DNA of 23,604 nucleotides from Archangium sp. GTDB taxonomy: Bacteria > Myxococcota > Myxococcia > Myxococcales > Myxococcaceae. Position numbers and translations under genes: made by a program. Positions 18,202-23,604 of the stretch are shown here, in pieces (positions within the stretch are counted from its first letter, which is position 1; each line of letters starts with the position of its first letter). Under the pieces are notes generated by a model. The model had not been told where the DNA came from. It made no database searches and was given only the letters and a program-made list of their open reading frames with translations. Location of the stretch: positions 1 to 23,604 of the forward strand of contig JANLPS010000261.1 in NCBI GenBank assembly GCA_031367385.1, given 5' to 3'.

Positions 18202-18592
18202 TCAGAGGTCGACCCAGGTGGTCGCGTTGTAGTAGCGCAGCCGATTCGTGGTGCCGTCGTAGTAGACGTCTCCAGCCGAGGCGTTGAGCGGAGCCGACGC
18301 GCGAGTCTCGAGGCGCATCACGTCGGTGATGTGCAGGGCCCGCTGTGGCGACGGCGTCGAGATGCCCACGTTGCCCAGACTGGCTACGCTCACGGGCGGC
18401 GTGACGTCTTGAATGTAGGTCGCGAAGACGGCATCAAAGCCAGGCCCCATACGCCGACGAGTAGTAGGTGCCCCCCGCGTAGGGGTTCGAGTCGTTCATC
18501 GTGTGGTAAATGTTGGTCGTGGCGATGATTTGGTACGTGTACTGCGAGCCGGCGATCAACGCGGGGCCGGCGGTCAAGACGAACTCGGGCAT
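18202..18592 (-). pseudogene. Frameshifted, probably 5'-truncated remnant of a tail-fibre/adhesin-like protein
   Basis: MPEFVLTAGPALIAGSQYTYQI...SNPYAGGTYYSSAYG, a frameshift at C4 (18445-18448), then PGFDAVFATYIQ...GNVGISTPSPQRALHI...GDVYYDGTTNRLRYYNATTWVDL*. Confidence 0.6.
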
Positions 18593-18665
18593 TGTTCGGC
18601 CAAGGTGAGCGCTCGCGGTTCTGACGAAGTACGTCGTTGAAAAGTTGACCGGCTGGCGAGCGGCT

Positions 18666-20090
18666 TCAGACCTCGTCGGTGCCGGAGGCGTCTGCGAACG
18701 GGCTCACGCTGAGCCCAGGGCGCGTCGGGCCATCGCCAAGCCAACGGCTGAGGGTCGCCGCAAGACCTGCCAAGGTCATGGGCTTGGCGAGATAATCATT
18801 CATACCGGCACTGACACAGAGCTCACGGTCTCCTGCGAGTGCATTGGCAGTGACTGCGATAATGGGCACACAGCTGCGTGCAGCCCGGAGCGCCTGCGTC
18901 ACCGCGAACCCATCGAGCTCAGGCATCTGACAATCCATCAAAATCAGGTCGTACTGGTTCTGGGTCGCGCACTCGAAGGCCTCTTGGCCGTTCACCGCCA
19001 CATCGACCCTGGTGAAGCCCAATTTCTCAAGTAACCGAAGCGTCAGTTGGCGGTTGATCGCATTGTCTTCGGCCATGAGGAGCCGAAAGGGAGTCTCACG
19101 TGAATGCCCGGTCAACGCGCGCAGCGCACTGACCGACGCCTCCCTCACCGCGGGTGCTCCGTGGTGCCCCAGCGCTTCGTCGAGGCGCGCGGTGAACGAA
19201 AACGTGGCTCCGTGCCCTTCTTGACTGTCGAGCTCGATGCCGCCGCCCATGAGTGCCGCAAGCTGAGCAGAGATCGCAAGGCCGAGGCCGGTGCCCCCGT
19301 ACTTTCGGCTCGTCGAGCTGTCGACCTGCGAGAAGGGCCGAAACAGCGCGGCTCGGTTCTCAAGCGCGATGCCTATGCCAGTGTCTGCGACCGAAAATCG
19401 AAACGTGCTGTCTGCGAAGCACTCGACCTCTACGTTCACTCGACCTTGGTGGGTGAACTTGATCGCATTGTTCAAGAGGTTGCTGAGCACCTGTCTGACT
19501 CTCGTCGGGTCGCCTCGCACCTGCCTCGGTAGGGCAGGAGCGACGTGCAATGAAAGCGCGATGCCCCGGTCATCGGCCAGCGGAGCGAACAGACCCACGG
19601 TGTCGTCGAGCAGTGTCCTCAAGTCGAAGTCGACGGCTTCGAGCTGAAGCTGTCGCGCCTCGATCTTCGAGTAGTCGAGCACGTCATTGAGCAAACGCAG
19701 CAGGGTATCTCCGGCCGAGCGCAGGCTCTGAAGGTACTGGCGTTGCTGCCCATCGACAGCGGTGTCGAGCAACAGCTCAGTCATGCCGATCACGCCGTTC
19801 ATAGGCGTTCGAATCTCGTGGCTCATCGTCGCGAGAAAAACGCTCTTCGCGTGGCTGGCCACTTCGGCCGCATCTTTGGCGTGCACGAGCTCGTCGTTTT
19901 TCGAGCGCAGCACCTTGTTCGCACCCATCAACTCTTGCGATGTCAGCTCGAGCGATCGCTCGAGCAGCAGGCGGTCTTGATCTGACTGCGCGTAGTCTTC
20001 ATCGATGGTCTTCAGCAGCGGCTCGAGCCACTCCGGGAGAGGTTGGGCCCCGAGGTGTTTCTTGAGCCGGCGTCGCAACGCGCTGTGCAT
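18666..20090 (-). CDS. Cytoplasmic hybrid histidine kinase (HisKA-HATPase_c-REC)
   Basis: H box [19 protein letters not shown] box [23 protein letters not shown] and receiver [17 protein letters not shown]. No TM or sensor domain. ATG at 20090, 2 nt after the FIST stop. Confidence 0.95.
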   Translation of the reverse strand: MHSALRRRLKKHLGAQPLPEWLEPLLKTIDEDYAQSDQDRLLLERSLELTSQELMGANKVLRSKNDELVHAKDAAEVASHAKSVFLATMSHEIRTPMNGVIGMTELLLDTAVDGQQRQYLQSLRSAGDTLLRLLNDVLDYSKIEARQLQLEAVDFDLRTLLDDTVGLFAPLADDRGIALSLHVAPALPRQVRGDPTRVRQVLSNLLNNAIKFTHQGRVNVEVECFADSTFRFSVADTGIGIALENRAALFRPFSQVDSSTSRKYGGTGLGLAISAQLAALMGGGIELDSQEGHGATFSFTARLDEALGHHGAPAVREASVSALRALTGHSRETPFRLLMAEDNAINRQLTLRLLEKLGFTRVDVAVNGQEAFECATQNQYDLILMDCQMPELDGFAVTQALRAARSCVPIIAVTANALAGDRELCVSAGMNDYLAKPMTLAGLAATLSRWLGDGPTRPGLSVSPFADASGTDEV

Positions 20091-20092
20091 GC

Positions 20093-21226
20093 CTAGCTCT
20101 CGCTGAGCGTCGTAATGGTCATCGTTTGATTGTGAAGCTCGCATCGAGCGTCTGGGGTGAAGGGTGAAATCTCACCGTATGAATAGAACCCGGTCAGCTT
20201 CACTGCTCCGCCGAGGGCCTCGCTCGCTGCCTCGACTTCTTCTTCGACCCGGCCGGTGAGCACCAGCTTTCGCCCCACGCATGAAATGAGAATGGCCAAC
20301 TCCGGCGACCCAGGCTCGAATCGGCTGCGGGCTCCTGTTGCGGCTTGGGAGGCGCCGTCAATCAGCCGCTCGAAGTTCGCTTTCATCAATCGCGCGATCG
20401 CCCCTTGTGGAATATCGCCCGCGAAAGTCAGTGAGCCCTTCACCTCATCGACGGCCAGAATCGTTCGAACGACCCCTGACGTCTCTGCGTAGCGCACCGA
20501 GAGGGGAAACAGTAGGCCGCTCGCCGGCAAGCCAGAGGCATGGTCGCCCAGATACTCGCGGTAGAGCGCAAGCGCCGATCGCCCATCAAGCTCGTACAAG
20601 ACGTTGCCGTCCGACTTCGTGACCTCGCGCTCTGGGCCAAAAGCGTCCCACCCTCCGAACGAAGCACAGCCGACTCGAAGCCGAGGGCCGTAGAGCCCGA
20701 TCGCAACCACTTCGCCTGAGCGGGCGGTGCCGCCCAAGCAGACCAGCGTGCGCTGAAAGGCCGACCCATCGCCCGCGAGGCCGCCAGTGATTTCGACGTG
20801 ACCTTTGGGCAACCCGCTGGCGATGCCTCGCACCAGCGCAGACCCATTCACGCGAAGGCCGTCAGAGAGAACGAAGACGTGCCGCAGGTCTGGCTGGTCG
20901 AGCGCACGGGCGATGGCTTGGCCCGCATCGAGGCTGCTGGTGGGGTCACCCAAGGTCACCGACGCCGAACGAACCGTGGTGTGCTCGAAGTCGATGGCTG
21001 TGGCGGTGACCGTGTCGTCAGCCACCGAAACCCCGCTGATTTCACCCGAGGTGCTGCAGCCCATCACCACCGCGTGGGGTGAGGCCGCGCCAAGCTCTCG
21101 CAGTCGTGCGTCGCCCTCGAGCAACGCCCGCGCACCGAAGACCAGCACCAGGTCAGCCGTTGCCGTCGCGTCAAGCTCGCCCACCCAACCGGTTGTAGGC
21201 CTCCAGACCCTCTGAGTGACTCGCAT
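20093..21226 (-). CDS. FIST N + FIST C domain sensory protein (NosP-like)
   Basis: [38 protein letters not shown] and LHNQTMT motifs. ATG at 21226. Confidence 0.93.
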   Translation of the reverse strand: MRVTQRVWRPTTGWVGELDATATADLVLVFGARALLEGDARLRELGAASPHAVVMGCSTSGEISGVSVADDTVTATAIDFEHTTVRSASVTLGDPTSSLDAGQAIARALDQPDLRHVFVLSDGLRVNGSALVRGIASGLPKGHVEITGGLAGDGSAFQRTLVCLGGTARSGEVVAIGLYGPRLRVGCASFGGWDAFGPEREVTKSDGNVLYELDGRSALALYREYLGDHASGLPASGLLFPLSVRYAETSGVVRTILAVDEVKGSLTFAGDIPQGAIARLMKANFERLIDGASQAATGARSRFEPGSPELAILISCVGRKLVLTGRVEEEVEAASEALGGAVKLTGFYSYGEISPFTPDARCELHNQTMTITTLSES

Positions 21227-21401
21227 GAAACAGGCGTTCTGCAAGTGAGACTCCACCCGAATGGTGTCTGGTCGCAGGCCCTTGAACTGGAGGTGCTGAG
21301 GTATCGACGCTCGTCGCAGTCAGTGCAGACCCGGCGTGTCACTCGCCCAATGTCAGTGACGTGAACACCGCGCCGTCTTGACCGACGAGCAGCGTGGGCA
21401 C

Positions 21402-21492
21402 GGCATTTTCAACGACGCTGTCGAGGCGGAGCACAACGGCCGTCACTCAGTCGCCTGCGTTTGTTCAGCTCCCGCCGCCGCTGCTCTTGAGC
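21402..21492 (+). repeat. Internally deleted direct-repeat copy of 17780-18094
   Basis: 21402-21447 matches 17780-17825 (46/46) and 21447-21492 matches 18049-18094 (44/46). Confidence 0.95.
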
Positions 21493-21515
21493 CAGCAGCG
21501 CAATCACCGCCAACA

Positions 21516-22769
21516 TCAGAAGTTGAACGAGGCGGTGACTTGAAGCCGAAAGACGAACTGCTCCTGCATTCGAAACCGTCGCCCAGCACGATCAAGGCGG
21601 TAGTCGTAGTTCGGGTTGATCTCATTCGGAGCCGCGGTCACGTCGATCGTCCCGTTGCCGTCCAGGTCCTTCCCGATGGTCTCGTTCGTCAGGTAGTGCT
21701 CGGTGTTGTACAGCAGCGACACGTTGGCCTTGAGCGCCACGAAATCAGCCGCCTGCCCGATGAACCCGACCTGGCCACCGACCTGCCCGTAGTCAGACGT
21801 CGACAACAGCTTGCCGGTCAGATCAGACAGCTCGTTGTAGCTGCGGCTCTCCGACACGTAGCCAAACATCGCGCGCAGATCGAACGTCACCCGCTGAAAG
21901 CGATCAGGCCGTTCGAACACGGTCAATTCACTGCCGAAAGCCACCGTGCCGACGTGGGCGGGCTTCAACCCGGTCTCGCCGCGGGGCCAACCCGGTATTC
22001 CGCAGTTCTCGATGCGGCCCATCTTCGCGCTCGAGGCGTCATCGCAGTTCGAATACGAGCCCGCGCTGGCGATCGGCAGGGTGTAGTCGATCTTGAAGTA
22101 GGGCTCCGCGACCGAGAGCCGCTTCGAGACCGCCGTGGCGAAGGTCAACCGGTGCGCTTTGTCTCCGATGTTGCCGCGGGCCGAGCTGCTGGTCGGCGTG
22201 GTCGGGTTCAGCAACGTGGCCGTCGGGGCCTGGTAGTCCAACCGCAAGACCCAGGTCGGCTTGGTGTCGTCTTTCTTCTGATTGTACGGAGCCCATGCCA
22301 ACCCGAACATGAAGTCGGCCAGGCCGCTGCGAAACGAAGCGCCCGGCACCTCGAACAGGTGCCCCGCGCCGTGCCCCGGGTCGCTGCAGCCATTGCCGCG
22401 GGCGTCGATGCAGTTTTGATAGATGGTCGAGTTCTGATCAGTCGTGCCCTGCGCGAATGCCCAATCGCGATCTTGCTGAAAGACGATCGGCACGCCCACG
22501 TGCAGCTCGACGTCGCGAAACAACCCGATGTGCACATCGAGCGGCATTCGCGTGTCGAACAACGAGTATCGAAGCTCGGTCACGTCTTGCAGCGTGTCTT
22601 GCTGATACCACTCGCGAACCAGCTTGCCCTTGTCTTGGGTGCGGTCGAAGGTGATGTCGAGAAACATGCCGAAGGGGTGGTTGTCTTCGAAGCTCGACGC
22701 CACGCGAGTCACTTCAGCGGCGTGCGCGCCAAAAGCGGCCAGAATGAACAGCGCTGCGGTCAAACGCAT
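21516..22769 (-). CDS. Probable outer-membrane beta-barrel protein
   Basis: Signal peptide ending AHA, alternating amphipathic strands and a C-terminal ...VTASFNF (BAM-type terminal Phe). Alternative GTG start at 22781. Confidence 0.75.
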   Translation of the reverse strand: MRLTAALFILAAFGAHAAEVTRVASSFEDNHPFGMFLDITFDRTQDKGKLVREWYQQDTLQDVTELRYSLFDTRMPLDVHIGLFRDVELHVGVPIVFQQDRDWAFAQGTTDQNSTIYQNCIDARGNGCSDPGHGAGHLFEVPGASFRSGLADFMFGLAWAPYNQKKDDTKPTWVLRLDYQAPTATLLNPTTPTSSSARGNIGDKAHRLTFATAVSKRLSVAEPYFKIDYTLPIASAGSYSNCDDASSAKMGRIENCGIPGWPRGETGLKPAHVGTVAFGSELTVFERPDRFQRVTFDLRAMFGYVSESRSYNELSDLTGKLLSTSDYGQVGGQVGFIGQAADFVALKANVSLLYNTEHYLTNETIGKDLDGNGTIDVTAAPNEINPNYDYRLDRAGRRFRMQEQFVFRLQVTASFNF

Positions 22770-22773
22770 CGAC

Positions 22774-23604
22774 TTACCCACCTGCGATCGTTTCGGTCGG
22801 GAGCTGCGCGCGCATCTTCGCCACCACCGTGTCGAGCTTGGGCCGTTCGTCGGCTGGCAGGCTCACGTGCGTCACCGAGGTGGTCTTGAAGGGGTCAATC
22901 ACCTTCTCGCCCTGCATCAGCTGGTAGTGCAAATGCGGCGCGAATGAATGCCCGGTGTTGCCCGACTTCGCCAAGATCTGCCCCTTCTTCACCTTGTCGC
23001 CCGGCTGCACCGTCTTGGGTATCTCCGAGAGGTGGAGGAACATCGCGGTGCGGCCCGTGCCACCGGTCTCTTGCACCTCGAGCGAGTTGCCGTTGCCGCG
23101 AAAGTTCCAATTCTTGCGAACGATGACGCCGTCGAAGGTGGCGTGCACGTTCGAGCCGACCGGCGTCTTGAAGTCGACGCCCTTGTGGTGCCGCCCATCG
23201 CGCAGCAGCGAGGTGATCTGCTCCCAGCTCTCGAGCGGGCAGTCGGCCAGGTGCTCTTCGAGCTCGGTGCCATCGGGGTTGTAGAAACGCGCCACTTCGC
23301 TGCCGGTCGGCTTGTACCGAAAGGCTTCGAAGGTCTTGCCGAACTTGCGGCTCGTCAACCGCACCGCGTGCACCAGAGGCTCCTGCCCTGGGCGCTCTTC
23401 GTAGAGGCCGCTGACGACGTCACCGCGCAGCAAATCGCCCGGCACGCTGACCCACCAGACCAGCGAGCGGGTGACCACCTGTGTCAGCGCTCCGCCGACC
23501 TCTTTGCTGGTCGCCGCGATGATCGCGCTCTCGACCGGCCCATTGTTGGTCGCCGAGAACGACTTGTACCCGTCTTTGAGTGCCGGAGCCGCCACCGCGA
23601 CTGG
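22774..23604 (-). CDS. M23-family metallopeptidase (peptidoglycan endopeptidase); 5' end probably outside the window
   Basis: HKGVDF (HxxxD), FLHLS and SGNTGHSFAPHLHY (HxH) motifs. Confidence 0.92.
   Translation of the reverse strand, partial: PVAVAAPALKDGYKSFSATNNGPVESAIIAATSKEVGGALTQVVTRSLVWWVSVPGDLLRGDVVSGLYEERPGQEPLVHAVRLTSRKFGKTFEAFRYKPTGSEVARFYNPDGTELEEHLADCPLESWEQITSLLRDGRHHKGVDFKTPVGSNVHATFDGVIVRKNWNFRGNGNSLEVQETGGTGRTAMFLHLSEIPKTVQPGDKVKKGQILAKSGNTGHSFAPHLHYQLMQGEKVIDPFKTTSVTHVSLPADERPKLDTVVAKMRAQLPTETIAGG

Noticed and set aside
21378..22889. 503-aa + strand ORF beginning with GIFNDAVEAEHNGRH
   Set aside because: Antisense shadow of the outer-membrane protein gene. The shared peptide simply reflects the DNA repeat at 21402.

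Overview
High-GC window whose gene content (TIGR02266/PilZ-Hsp70 fusion, Cys-rich lipoproteins) points to a myxobacterium (Myxococcota); this is inferred, not confirmed. The left part (1-14.5 kb) looks like core or envelope chromosome: an Ig-repeat surface protein, several lipoproteins, a miniature PilC/GspF-like membrane protein, a PilZ-Hsp70 fusion, a hemolysin-III/PAQR protein, a frameshifted alpha/beta hydrolase, an O-methyltransferase and a two-gene sarcosine-oxidase/proline-dehydrogenase-like flavo-Fe/S oxidase. The middle (14.6-21.5 kb) is a patchwork accessory region. It holds a REP-like palindrome, a nucleotidyltransferase with an unlisted 52-aa partner, gene remnants, three 42-bp repeats before a helical hypothetical gene, and a FIST (NosP-like) plus hybrid histidine kinase cassette. 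That cassette lies between a small ORF and an internally deleted copy of the same ORF (two 46-nt arms fused). The right end encodes a probable outer-membrane beta-barrel and an M23 peptidase. I saw no rRNA, tRNA, CRISPR array, integrase or transposase. All family assignments come from motif recognition by eye, without database searches.
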